Notes under the pieces: generated by a model
Seen by the model: the letters and a program-made list of their open reading frames with translations, nothing else
The model's database searches: none
What the model was told of the DNA's origin: nothing
Source of the DNA: Trichoplax adhaerens
Taxonomy: Eukaryota; Animalia; Placozoa
Direction: 5' to 3'
DNA: 64,000 nucleotides
NCBI RefSeq assembly: GCF_000150275.1
Contig: NW_002060953.1
Location: 1,872,310-1,936,309, forward strand
Position numbers and translations under genes: made by a program
Shown here: positions 38,901 through 52,205 of the stretch, one piece after another
How positions within the stretch are numbered: the first letter of the stretch is position 1
How the letters are laid out: each line of letters begins with the position of its first letter

Positions 38901-41669
38901 AGTACTAGGTAAGATAAGTAATGCCTTAACGTGAATGTTGTTTGTAATAGTTCATTACATATTTGATATTGATTGTTATTGTGTGAAAGTTAGCAATATG
39001 ATGATTGAAGTTCTAGTTGATGATAGTTGAATTAGACAACCTACGAGCTTAGATTAAGATTAAGTATGAGTAAGAGATTTAAAATATTTACTGATAGAAA
39101 AGCTATGTAAGGAACATCTCAGTTCGAGATGTTTCTCCTAGTATGGTATAATAATAATACTGTTGTTGTTTACAAATTAGAGAAACGGGAACATTTGAGT
39201 TGAGTGGTGTGGTAAAAAGTTGTAGATGTATCTTTGCTGATAAAAGTTTCATCTTGACTGTATTTTGCTGTGTGTGTTTAACGCTAACTAAAAGGGCGTT
39301 TAAGTCAGTAGCTACTTATAGACTTTTGCTGTACGTTACCTTGCCGTAGAAGTGAAATTGTGACACTTGTCCGCTATGCAATATATCAACCATATGATTG
39401 GCGCATTACTTTCAATGTTATTTCAGAATGTACTAATGCGTCTTATATAAGATCATGAACTTATGTATACCTGTTGTTGAAAAAACAGGAATATGCATTT
39501 TAAGCTACTTCTGGTAATCTTCCGAAAGAAGAGATCATACTAAAGATAAACTCCGTTTCATTTACTTAGATGACAATATTTCATATATGGCTATCTTATA
39601 TTTGACTAATGTCCTTGCAGTAAATATCTAATTGTATTTTTAAGCAGATATTCAAGTCAATCACTATCCATAAGATACAATAATGATTTTGCACTCTAAA
39701 ATTAGCTTGATTCAACTATAGATCATCTTTACATACATTTCATTGATTTCCTTTGAACATGAAATAAATTATTATCATGTTTACGCAATCGATTAATGTA
39801 AATATTATTCCAGTCTATCAATGCTAAAATATACTTAACTGTAAATAACTTTCTAGTAAATACTTCTATTCATCGCTGATATAATTCAATAGCTCTCTTT
39901 GCTACAATTTTATTTATTTTCATCCACCACTGGCTAGATCAACTATGTTCTTCACCTGATCAGCCCCCTAAAATATATGCCTATTTTCGAGTATAAAAGT
40001 AATTACTTCAGCTTCGAGAGTATTTTTAAATCTGTTAACGAGGTTTATCTTGCTTTATTATTCACTCTATAGCTCTTACGTACCGCTCTAATGAAATTAT
40101 ATAAATGTAATATTATCTCGTCTTTTGTAATTATTTTACTTTAAGCATATTTGTTATTTTCTGAAATTAATCAGCTATGCTCGTATGCTATTGAACTTAG
40201 GCTTTTCGCTTCGCTATATGCGTGCTATTCATTCATTAACAATAGTAAGTTATTAAGGATGATATGTTGCGTTGCTCTTAGATATGGAGACTATCGACTA
40301 AGCTACTAAGATTTCGGATGAGTGAGGGGGTACTGTATCTAGTAATATATAGCAACCATAAATTCATACAGCACGGTAGTATTCTCTAAGGTTTCTCAGT
40401 AAGAATTAGAAATAAAGTTAGTCATTCAGTACACTCTTATATTGTAATGGAAATTATGCTGACAGCATCCTGTTTTTAGACATTATATTATTACATGATC
40501 ATGATATAAGGCATATACTCAATTGCTCACGAAGTCGCGATCAAGCAATAAAGTTCAAAGCAATGTTCACAGGTCATTATGTCGGTATTACTTGTCTTTT
40601 ACAAAAATCTCATAACTCACAGCATTGATAAAACCTATCATGGTCTCAATGAAATTCTCTGTTTTCTGAGAAAAAATATTCCAACAGGTATTTTTACATT
40701 ACGAGTCATATGTTCATAATTTCGTATTTCTATACATTAAATGTTAAGGGTGCTATTCATTCGTTGATGGATGGGTAGTAATCGATTCGATCTGATATTA
40801 TAAAATTCTCCGCTCAAAATTGAATGATAACATTATCAAAGGTACCGTTAAATAGGTTATATTAACGATTGGATTTACCATTTCGCTTACTGTGTTAATA
40901 AATACTTGTTCAAATCTATCAATATTGATATGATGATAAGACCTAAAAACTGTAACAAAGCGTTTTTGCATTTATTTAGTGATAGTGATACATTGACTTA
41001 TCTTTAGCCATTCCACACACAAGAAATTAATATACTCCAATATACCCGATGTTGACTGACTATTTATATTTTAATTGTTATACAGATAATTCCCCTTCAT
41101 TATAATTATTGCATATACATGTTCAATAAAACCCATAGAAGCGAAAAAAGTTCTTTCTTTTTACCTCTAAAGATGAAACGATGTCTTGGAATATTTTAAG
41201 TAAACCTCAGCTCATAATGCTTCATTTATAATTTATGATAAATTGAGGTCATGTGCTTCATCTCTTGCATTTTCCATAATATATTTCTTGATCTATCAAT
41301 ATTGGTTTGTCGAGAAAGAAAGAAACGGATGTGACTATTTACCCGATGTTAGATAATAATATTAATTCAGATAATAGCAAATACGTGACTCAAGGAACTT
41401 ATTATTCCTCACAATATTCCTGGATTTGTCCATGCACTCTCTTTGATGTAATATGGGAAGAGTCCTACGCTATTTAACACCAATGTTAGCTAATAAGTTC
41501 AATACTCGTTTAAGGAAATGATAAGGAATGGTAACTTGGGATTTATGCGTATACGCTAATCTTAGCTAATGATATTTATTCGTTGCGATTATAACTATGT
41601 GAGGGATGAATAATTTATTCTATGAGATATTCCTTGCTCTGTTAACGCTTATTTGATGAAATAACAAGT

Positions 41670-42410
41670 GATAGAAACTAATCCTTTTAAATTAAGCTTG
41701 CTCATACTAATATGCCCACTAGTGCTGTTTAATCTCTATGGTAGAGGAAGTTTTGAATTTCTTTCTGGACTAGGATTGCAGAATGCTAACGTAATATTTT
41801 GTGAAGCTTGCAAATTATGCTTATTCGCGCTTGGTATGCTTACTAATACTATTAATCTATAGCGTAAAGAAGTTCTTATAATTCCTTTCTAGACTGGGAT
41901 AGTAGAATGTTGACGTAACATTGTGTAAGTCCCATTAAATTAAGCTGATTCACCTTTATATACAAACTAATGCCGTTTAATTATTAGAGTATAAGAGGTC
42001 TTTCTAGACTAGTACAGCAGAATGCTAACATAATATTGTGTGAATCCAATTAAATTAAGCTGATTCACCTTGATATGCAAACTTATGCCGTTCAATTACT
42101 AAAGTATAAGGAGTCTTTCTAGACTAGCACGGGCAAAATGCTAACTTAATATTGTATGAATCCCATTAAATTAAGTTGTCCTCGTTGATATGCACACCTC
42201 TACTGTTCAAATCACTCTCTGGAGTAAAGGAGTTTTTCAATTTCTTTCTAGACTAAGAGAGAGGAACGCTAAAGTAAAATTATGTGAAGCCCATTAAATG
42301 AAGCTTATTCACCCTAATAGGTCCACAAACGCATTTTAATTACCAGAGCAAATCATTTTTTCAATTCCCTCTTAAACTAGGAGAGCCGAATGCTAAAGTA
42401 ATACCGTATA
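41670..42410. repeat. Degenerate tandem repeat, ~115-128 bp x ~6, about 2 kb upstream of paralog B
   Basis: Recurrent ttctagact...gaatgctaac.taatattgtgtgaatcc.attaaattaagct.attcacc; the attaaattaagc-like core is at ~41687, 41813, 41934, 42049, 42165 and 42293. Confidence 0.8.
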
Positions 42411-44416
42411 AAAATCGGATTGTCCAATCTGTGTACGAATGTTAATCAGCAACCATCGATTAATTTGATGAATCGATTTTGACGAGTGCTAGCCTGTTTT
42501 TATATACATAGCTGTCAAAATAGCATGCCTACCAATCTGATAATAGTGATTACAAAAAGAAATCAATCCATTCAGTACTGCTGTACTAGTTATCTACTCT
42601 GTCTTTTCTTAATTCACTACTTTGTACATTGCCTACCTTTTCTCTTGGATCAGGAAGGCTATTATTTGAATATTAATACGTTATTGATTTCCTCAAGCGT
42701 CCTTTTATCCCATTTTAACCCGTAATAGTATAGATAAGCGATTGCCACAAGCTGTCCAGAATATTCAATCTTTCTTTATTAGCCACTGATCCAAATAGGA
42801 AGCGCCATTTTCTATGATGTTTCTGTAAGCCAGGGATGGCCTACAATATTCTCCTCCACGATGCATTCTTCTTCCTAGTGCCTCTTTTCAACCAATTTCA
42901 GTCATCTTTATCCACACTTTTCTCCTCTTCAAGTATTTTTAACTAGCTACTGCCTCCAGTATTGATAATATGCATTTATTTTAAATCAGGCCAAACCTAG
43001 CTAGAAAAAGCATTTCGTCAGTTCTTCTAAACTATCCAAATGGCTTCATTGATTTCCCATTTGCCGGTTTCTGAGTATCGTTAAACTGGCGTCATCAAAA
43101 CCCTTTGCTATTGGTTCGCTAATTGATTTTATGATGTTAATTCCTATTTTCGTAATCCCTCCTATTCCTATTTTCCAATAGGAATGCTGTTCTAATTTCA
43201 GGAAGACAAATTATTGTCCATTTAAGTGACGTTATTGTGATGTCATGATGATAGACGTAATCGTAATATTGGCATGATAGAAATTAAATGGAGTTGCTCT
43301 TGCATCATTGCCAACCTATACTAAATTAGCATCATGGAGTAGTCGCGACAATATTGAATATATTCTCACCTATTACTATGACCAAATATGATAACTGTCA
43401 ATTTATTAAGTATACATATAGATATTACTCGAATAATATTCAATAACGTGAGCTTTTATAAATAGCTACTATAATTGGAATTGAGTATTGAAAAAAATCG
43501 TATTTAAATAAATACTTTAGCAGCTAATCAAATCGTTGGATGATTTTGCAGGGGAGCAGTTTGGAGGTAGGAATGACTAGAGTAGATTGGTTCTAGGTCA
43601 ACGCTATTTCAATTGATTGCAGTCATTGCAAGTATTGCTTACGCCATTTTCTTCGATCCGATAGGGCATACAGTTTTTAATTCTACTTATATAATTAATT
43701 GACTTGCACTACCGTCTGTAGCTAGCTTTTAAATACTGTCGATCAGAAGAATTGTTTTGTTAATGAGATTGTGCATAGCCAATGGGCTAGCCGATGTTGG
43801 TCTAATGGACTAGAATAATTGCAATTAGTATGGATACTATTAATTGAAGACAAATATTGCCGATAGAGTTATTAATAGCTTGTTCTCATCCTCTAGCTGA
43901 TCCAACAAGAAGAACTATCCGCCCACCTCAATCTATCCAATCCTTAGCTAGAAAACGGAAGATACAATCTAAGACAGATTTCCCTCTCGCTGGTTTTTGA
44001 GAAATTGAAGAGAGATTACGCTGTTGCAATGAAGTATGCTTATTAAGTTCGATGCAATCTTGTCTATTGATAGTATCTTGAGTCCTTAAATTTTCATATC
44101 GAGCCATTAAAATAATGAATAATATGCACTAGAATGGCCAATTGATGCTTATGATTCTTAAATTATACTGTTAATTTATGGAAAAAAATATTTGCATAGT
44201 TGTAAAAATCACTATCTCGGGCATATTTGATTTTATTCTCAACTGCATGACTTTCTTTCCCTTGAATGTTCACTTTTTCGCATATTTTTGAATTGAAATA
44301 CTCTAAGGGAACAAGTCCAGATAATTTGCAGGGTGATGCTTGTCAATTTATATTCCATATTCATTATAACTATTAAATAAAAATCAATGCCATTCAATTT
44401 TAGATTGTCTTTCGGA

Positions 44417-46077
44417 ATGGCTTCGCAAAACTGGATAGCGGTTATTTTAATAGCGACATTATTCTTCAGCAGCATTAAAGGGCAAATTGGCCACCCCTCA
44501 ACTATCTTAAGCAGTCATTTCAATTTGCTGGATAATACAGTTCATTTAATGATGCAACAACCAGTCGCTTCTAATTTTACCATGGAAAAACGCTCTTTAG
44601 AGGTAAGATTGAGTCTCAACCTTAAAAGTTGATTACCCATGTTGACAGCTTGACGAATGATTTACGATTCCTTATTGATTAGCATGCTGCTTGATTCTAA
44701 GGTTGGTAACTCAAGTTTAGAGCTTTGATGGATAATTTATGATAGTTTATTGATGGGCAGGCTGCTTGACTCTTAGATTAGCTGCTCATGTTTAGAGCAA
44801 TAACGAATAATTTAGGATACATAATTGATTAGCAGGCTGCTTAATTCTACTTTTCTATAGATCTCTTTTTTCATACAAACAGTTTTGATTCTTTCACTTT
44901 TATGTAACTAGCAGCAATGAAAGGATTGCATGACAAATTATAAATCAACTAAGATACTAAATGTATATAGTTAGATGAGCTACTAGAATTGCAATTCAAA
45001 ACTCGTATAATCTCAAATACCAAAATAGCTGGAAAACAGAATTTTCAATACATGAATACATTCATTTTAACTTTGTTTCTTTGTAGCAAACAAGAGAAAT
45101 CGCCAAGCCAAATGTCACTGTCTGGATTGCTGGCGATATCGATTCATGCAGCCTACCTGATGAGAACATCAGATCCTTTTGCAAGATCGAATATAAAGTT
45201 CCCACAGTCATAGCCAAGAGGACTTCTCGACTTTTTCAGTTTATTATCAAAAATTTCAAGATTCTAAAATCGCAAATGTTGACTGATTGTCTGTACAGCT
45301 TGAAGGAAGTGCTCTGCAAAGGAACCCTACCTCAATGTTCTAAAGATACTGTAACCGCTTCCTATTCAAATATTCAACAAGCTTGTGCACAAGTGCGTTG
45401 GTGTACATCGTCTTTTACTAGTCTTACAGATCAAAGTTGGATGCAATCTTGTCAAGTTTCTGGTCAAACATTTGATTTAAAAGTATGTAAGAAAGCTAAT
45501 GTAACCTCTATTAACCTACAAAATTGCGGTCCATTACCCAAGCAAATTACATTTCCTACATGGATTATTCCAAATATTGAGCAGAAATCAAAAAGCAAAG
45601 CTCTAATTCGAAGAAGCTATAGTCATGAAGGCGTAAATTCGCGTTGCATTGATAAATGGGTTAATATGTATTGCTTAAGTGCTCCATTTTGTAGCAGCCA
45701 TCACAATAAAATTGTAAGTGGAATTACGCAACAGCAATGCCAGTCGGCATTAAACTGGTAAGGGATACGACAAACTAATTTCTACTTTCTGACAATCTTT
45801 CTGCTGTTGACAGTTTTCCCCTTTACCCTTAAATATCTATCATGACAGCATTCTAATTCCTGCACTTCCATGACAACATTTTAGCTTACCTGATCGAATT
45901 CGAAAATTTCTACTCTTAACGGTCGATTGCAATGCGTATCCAGACGAAAATTCCGAAAAAGAAATTATGTCAAGTGAATGTGCTTATTCAAATGGTACAG
46001 AATCGATCGAAGGCGATAACTTGCGATGGCTTCTTTTATATTTTACAATCGTTTTATTAACCTATATAATTTTGTAA
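44417..46077 (+). CDS. Paralog B: secreted/GPI-anchored double Frizzled-like CRD protein, 349 aa (exons 44417-44602, 45087-45757, 45885-46077)
   Basis: Signal peptide MASQNWIAVILIATLFFSSIKG; ...EKRSLE|QTREIAKPNVTVWIAGDIDSCSLP. Open frame through all 16 Cys; TG|C Cys codon split by the phase-2 intron. Tail VDCNAYPDE...AYSNGTESIEGDNLRWLLLYFTIVLLTYIIL*. Exon lengths 186+671+193 = 350 codons. Confidence 0.9.
44660..44850. repeat. ~75 bp x3 degenerate repeat in paralog B intron 1
   Basis: ttgat..gca.gctgctt.a.tct at ~44675, 44750 and 44824. Confidence 0.75.
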
Positions 46078-47994
46078 AGGGAAGCTCTTTCGTGTAGCAG
46101 CTTACGCGTAGAATTAATTATTTTTCATCACTTAAAAAGATAAAATTAAAGTAATCGCATATAGGAGAGAGAAAGTAGCATAGTATTTTTATAAAATAGA
46201 GTAGGTCTCGTTGTTATTTCTACTGAGATGTGACATGAAATATTTAAGCTAATACTCAACTGTTCACACTATTAGTCAGCTAGGAATCGTAGCTATCAAT
46301 ATCTAAATTCGTCGTAGACATCCATTTAGAGTCAACTTATTGTCGTAATTTTCCTCTATATGGAAAAAATTACGAAAAAAATAATCTAGTGAATTTTATC
46401 AGATACATTTGATCTATTGGAGAATAATTTTGAACTAAATTAAAGTAAAGTTATTTAAAAAAAGTAAATGTTTACTCTAAATGCACTTAAATCATATCTT
46501 TGAATATTGAAATAGATTCTGTTTTATATCGAATTTACTTTGCGTTTGCCCTTAGTTAAATTAATACTCTTGACAGTCGCTATGATAGCATTTTCTTGGC
46601 TTCTGCAAATGCATTAATTGACAAGATATCTATTATATTAATAGCTATAAGATGTAGACATATCTTAATGGATGAATCTTATTTATTAATTTCCTATTAG
46701 TGACTTACTTAACGTAATAGTCTGATGTATTGATAGATGAATAAATGACATAGACAACTTCTATCTGATTTTAAAGGGCATTGGATGAGCAAGGAATATT
46801 GTAGACTTCCATACTCTACTCTTATTTAACAAAATGTGCTACTTATATGCTAGTTTCCATTATCGTTCAATGCGAACAGTATAGCATAGTCTAAAACGTG
46901 AGAGAAATATTCATGAACTAAGGGAGAATAAAAATATCTATAGGATTAGCTATTGCATGAGAAACTAGTAGTTTATCATAGGAAGATTAGTATAGGTGCG
47001 AATTACAAATCTTTGAACACCCGGAAAACGATAGCCTGATTAATTTGCTCCGTATATCGCATGAGTTGATCCTTTTGCTAGAATAACTATCTATCATTAC
47101 TAACTTATAGTGATAATTTCCAGTTGTATGGATATTCTACGCCATCATCATATCAGTTACTGTTTCAGGATATTCAACTATCTGAACATAAGAATACTTC
47201 AAAATAACACTGTCTACATTTTATTCCTTTCCGAGTAGCTTTATTACTTTACCAACAACATTTATAAATATCCGGCATTGAAAGACAATCTATAATATTT
47301 TTTTGCAGCGAAAGAATCTGGCTGAAATAAATTGTACACATGGCATTGCAATTAAGCAAGTACCCAATATTATGCCTCGTAATATTGATAGCTCCCTAAT
47401 GAAATTAGTTGTGGCCTTTAAATCGATTCAGTATAGAAAATACAGGCTAAATGGGCATCCATGAATGTAGGCGTTTCGGAGCATGAATATTTACACTGCT
47501 CTAATCTTAGATGCTTTTGCAATATTAATCAAACCTTGAGTATTAGTTATAGCAAGTTTTCTTTTTCATTAAAGTAAGTGAGGATATTAGTATTCTAAAA
47601 TCATAGCAATACTTATCGATAGAAAAGACTTAGGCAATAAGAACGATACGGTAGCTTGAACGATCATTCACGAAATAATGTCAATGTTGCCGGCTAGAGT
47701 TTGTCCGAATGCTTATTCTTAAAAAACATGGATTGAGAGTAGCACTAACTTCTCGGAATGTGGATTGTAGAGGCAATATCTCATAAATTAGGAGTAATAC
47801 AAATCATGAGGTAAATTGAACAAGATATTAAAAAAATACCATGCCTCTGTTACCAATTAACATTGAATTAGCCAACTAACGTGCAATATACCTAAAAAAT
47901 ATGCTCTACTAAATAAATTAATAACATGGGTACCATCGTAAATTATATCTATTGCGAAGAAACTTAAAGCATATGGAAAGATTTCACCTAGAAT

Positions 47995-50670
47995 CTATAA
48001 AGAAGTGGAGATAAAATACCCTGCAAATAGTAACAGCAAATTCATCATAACTCTGAGAGCACTATTTGTTGCTGAGTAAGCCTGTTGGCTAGACATCATT
48101 AACTTTGTGGACTCTGCTTCAGGAAAGTGAGCACAGCTAAATGATTGCTCAAACCCTTTTCGAAAGACCGCTGGCAAGCCAATGCAAGAGAAGGAATTGT
48201 CGTCAAGAACCAAAACCTTAACAGTTGATAAATACTACTTCGTGTTTCAACTAGAATAAAAATAATAATCATTTACCATTTTATGCCTTCTTGGCTTTGC
48301 TCTTTGGTGACTCTACCAACAATCTTCGAGCCATCAGCGCTACAAAACGGAACAACATTACAAGTAATGTCAAGCCACTTTGTCGTACAACTTTTGCTTA
48401 TAATGGCTTGCATGAAACCGGTCTTTAGGGTAGCAATATTTAGTCTTTGGTAGGGTATATTAGTTAACATCCAAGTAGGAAATTGAATATCTTGAGGTAA
48501 ATGACCTCAGGATTGAGCTTCGATGGCTTTTTCTTGTGTAGGTACACATTTAGCCAAATCGTAGCGCTGATCGGCATCAAAACTTAATGTTCCAGTGTAA
48601 CTTTTAGAGTTGTAGCCAAAAAATGGCCAGCAAGAGCCGACTGTCGTGCAGTCTGTGGTATAATTCTGATAGGTAAAGGATGTTGCATCAGCAGAACATT
48701 GAGGTAAAGCGGATTTGCACATCATATTCTTGACGGCTTCAGCACAAGCCTTGGGTAACTGAGCCTGGATCATGACATAGCTGTTCATTGCAAACATTAA
48801 AAATCGCGATATTCGATTAAGGATAATGGTGGGAACTTTATAACTGATACCACAGAATGTTTGGATGTTACTGCCAGGTAAACTGCAAGAGTTTAAATCA
48901 GTTGCTACCCAAACTGTCACTTCATGAGAATGTCGTTTAGCCATCGATCGAGTGGTCTAAATAAGTAATAGTTGAATTCTTTAAGGAAGTTTAATGTAGC
49001 CAACATTGACGAGAAGTCGAGATTTAATGAAATTAAACGTGTAACCCTCTACTTTACCCTATTTTTTAATGCACATCTGCAGATTAAGGTTGTAAAATTG
49101 TATAAATCGAATTTTTGCCGAAAAGACACTATATCAGTAAGGCAATGTTGTAGTCGGCTTAAAGTCGAAATTATCTACGAGAATGAGTTATAATTTGACA
49201 CTGCTTGACCACAGTAAAACTATGAAATTATTGGGTCAAGGATACAAGTTTTGGCATAGGAAAATAGACTTGGCTGAATATTAGATTTACACTTTGCAGT
49301 AGTACTTTTAATTTTGGAATGTTAAGATTTGGATTTGTTTTACAGAGGTCGAAACGATCATTTTCTTCCACTTAATCATCCCAGTCCTTCATTGTCATGC
49401 ATAACTATCAACTTCTAAATTGATAATCCTCGAAAGATTATAGCTAAGACTTTCATCGATTTCAAGGATTATCAACGATGTTGATGAATAATGCTCATTT
49501 TACATTTATTACAATTTTACGAGCATGTCAAAATTACGGAAGGAATACACGTAATCATTGAATAAACTGTAAGTGATTGGTAGACTCGTTCTGAGAGGTC
49601 TAGATCGATTTAGCATTGCACGCCTCAAAGATGAAGTAGAGAATAGATTACTTTAAATGACATGAATGGAATGTATAGCGAGTAGTTTCTGATATATTAA
49701 GAAATGGATTATTTTAACCTATGAGGATGAATTATGCTCAGTTTGGATCTATTAAACTTTGACATGTAGACATGAAGATTACCGAAGGAAAAGAAGAAAT
49801 CATTGAATAAAATGCATGCGATTTGGAAACTCGTTACGGAGTAATCTCAATGAATTTAGATTCCATGTTTCATTGAGAAAGCTACCTCTGCTTTGCAAAA
49901 GATATAAATGGAAAGAGATAATTTGAGCCGATGTTGATGGATGATGCTCTGCTTGGATTCATTAAAACTTTTACGAACACATGAGGATTACGGAAGGAAA
50001 TAAATGAAAGAATTCAATGTAGTAAAATGCTTTCGATCTCAAGACTTGTCGTTGAGTAGCCTCGATCAATTTCGATGTGATGCTTAGCTGAGAAGTTAGC
50101 TATACACTCGTTATAGACGAAATAGATTATTTGAATGAAATTTAGTTAAATGGGAGTTAGAGAAATTTTTAGTGTATGTTTAACCTGCAGTATCGATCCC
50201 ATTTCAATTTTATGATTATATCAAGAGTGTGTAAGATAGACTGAAATGAGTTCTTCTCTCTTGTGCAAAAATCATCTTTGTTAATCGGTACAACTTGACT
50301 AGTCTCTTTGCAAATAGTTTTGAGAAAATTAATCTGTTATTGCACCTAGAAATATTCGCACTGGAATAATATAAAGTAAAATAGCACCATTTCATACTAA
50401 TTAGAATGGTGGCTGCAGTGGTAATTCTTGGCTTTAGAATGAGACTTTATAGGTAGTACGTAAAACTAGCAGTTTGCTTGTCATATAGACTGCCATCACT
50501 TAGCAGACTTTACCTAAAATGATTACTTTGCTCTTCAACAGAACATCCTTGACTGAATTTAATAACATAGAACCGCCATCTTGGAAATGATCCTGACTGG
50601 AAGCACGGGCAGGATGGCTGCCAAATAAATTAGATATGACTAGAACAGAATGAAGTATTGACTTGAACAT
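47995..50670 (-). pseudogene. Paralog C: probable young pseudogene of the double-CRD GPI family (candidate exon 1 50670-50527; exon 2 48956-48277; exon 3 48178-47995)
   Basis: Exon 2 is homologous throughout (VTVWVATDLNSCSLP...CAEAVKNMMCKSALPQCSAD...FPTWML...CTTKWLDITCNVVPFCSAD). Lesions: in-frame TGA at 48509-48507 replacing a conserved Cys; two other Cys replaced by Ser; exon-3 acceptor reads cattGG|cttgcca instead of AG. The GPI-like tail (ATNSALRVMMNLLLLFAGYFISTSL*) is still open. The exon 1 assignment is less certain. Confidence 0.8.
49440..50140. repeat. Degenerate ~210-245 bp triplication in paralog C intron 1
   Basis: attac(g/c)gaaggaa at ~49533, 49778 and 49987, with similar downstream context (gaataaa...actcgtt). 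Confidence 0.65.
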
Positions 50671-52205
50671 GTTAGTCAATTGGTTTCTTCTCTTAAAGCT
50701 TTCCTCCTGCTAGTCAATAAAAATCACAGAGGTAAGGACTTAAATGAATACGCTGTGAAATGGTTTAAAAAGGACTTCTATGCTACCTTGGGTCACCGAA
50801 TATCTTTTAATGGGTCAGAATCTTCTTTCGCGGCCGTTAGATTACAGAGGATGCAAACTAGAAATTGATGCTTGTAACCATTTCATGGATTGAATGGTTA
50901 CCAGTTATTATTGGATATCAAGTTTTTGTTTATGTCTGTTTAGCAAGCCTCTGTTTATTTATTTGATCTTTCCGATATTGCTTGAGAAAAAGTGTGCTCA
51001 ACTTTTCAATGATTGGGTCGTAGCTCTGTCACAATAAGACACCGATTTACTTTAGATTAATAGTCTAGGATTATGAAGCAGAGAACTGTGCTATCAACTT
51101 TGTTATAGAGGCATTATTGGTATTTTTCGCTCGTCACTATTCGTTATTATAAAATGTTAGAGCAGAAATTATTCATAATACTTGTTATACTGCGCAATTT
51201 GGAGGCCAAAATATATCTAATTCAAGGTTTTAGCGAGTGTATGCTTTTCTGTTCATCATTTAAATTTTAGGTTATACTCTGCTATATTGACATGTAAAGC
51301 TAGACAGGAGGCTTTGCCTTTGTGAACAATTTTATATTATGATAACGAGGAGTGTGAAAAATTTCGATCATATCTTGTTAGATCAAGCTATACCCTAACG
51401 TTATCATTAGGTAAGAAATAATCGCGGCATCCGTAATTTTGGTGTTACTATGCCGAACTCATAATAAGAGAATTCTACGTAGTTGACAACTTCGTGTTTA
51501 AATTAAAATTTGAAGAAAGCTTAGAATATCATTGCAGAATTCATATCCACCTTGCCATACCCGCCGTAGCATATCGAGTTATGCCATGCAAATAAGAGCT
51601 AATGGGAAATTTTTGTGTAGTCAACAAATTGGATAAATCAAATTCTGTAATATAAATCTTGTAATAAAGTGTCTTCTCAAAAATACAGCATGAACTACAG
51701 TTTCTTATAAATTTCACTTTATTACATAAGATTAGGTTCGTCCCCTAACTACCAAGGACTATCTAGTTTCAATAGGACTATCTTTTACAGCGAAAGTTCG
51801 CGGTTTATATACTCTTTATTACAGAATGAATTTTACACATTGCAATCATATCTTGCTAATTAAGTCGCAAGATAGCAGTCTTTCATCGCGCAAGCTATTC
51901 ATTATTCACGCGTCTAATTAAAGCGCCACAAAACAACTCTCTGAGCACTTACATAATTTGCACTATCTATTATTATCATGAAATCTTAATATAAACATTT
52001 CAATAGTATCAAGGTGATACGCATGTAAACCTTTGCTACAAATAGATATCTTCAAAATCATACTGTCTAACAAATGAGTACTACTACTCTCGTAGAGTCT
52101 TACAATCATATTCCAAGCAATATTTGGGGATGCACGATAAATTTAAAGAAATACCGGTGGCGGTCAACAATTGAGATAGTATACTCGTTCTTCTAATAGT
52201 TTTAC

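Noticed and set aside
30101-41862. Short ORFs of 60-110 aa in the A-B spacer
   Set aside because: Composition typical of random AT-rich DNA (I/L/K/N/F rich), often non-ATG starts, no recognisable motifs or splice-linked partners.
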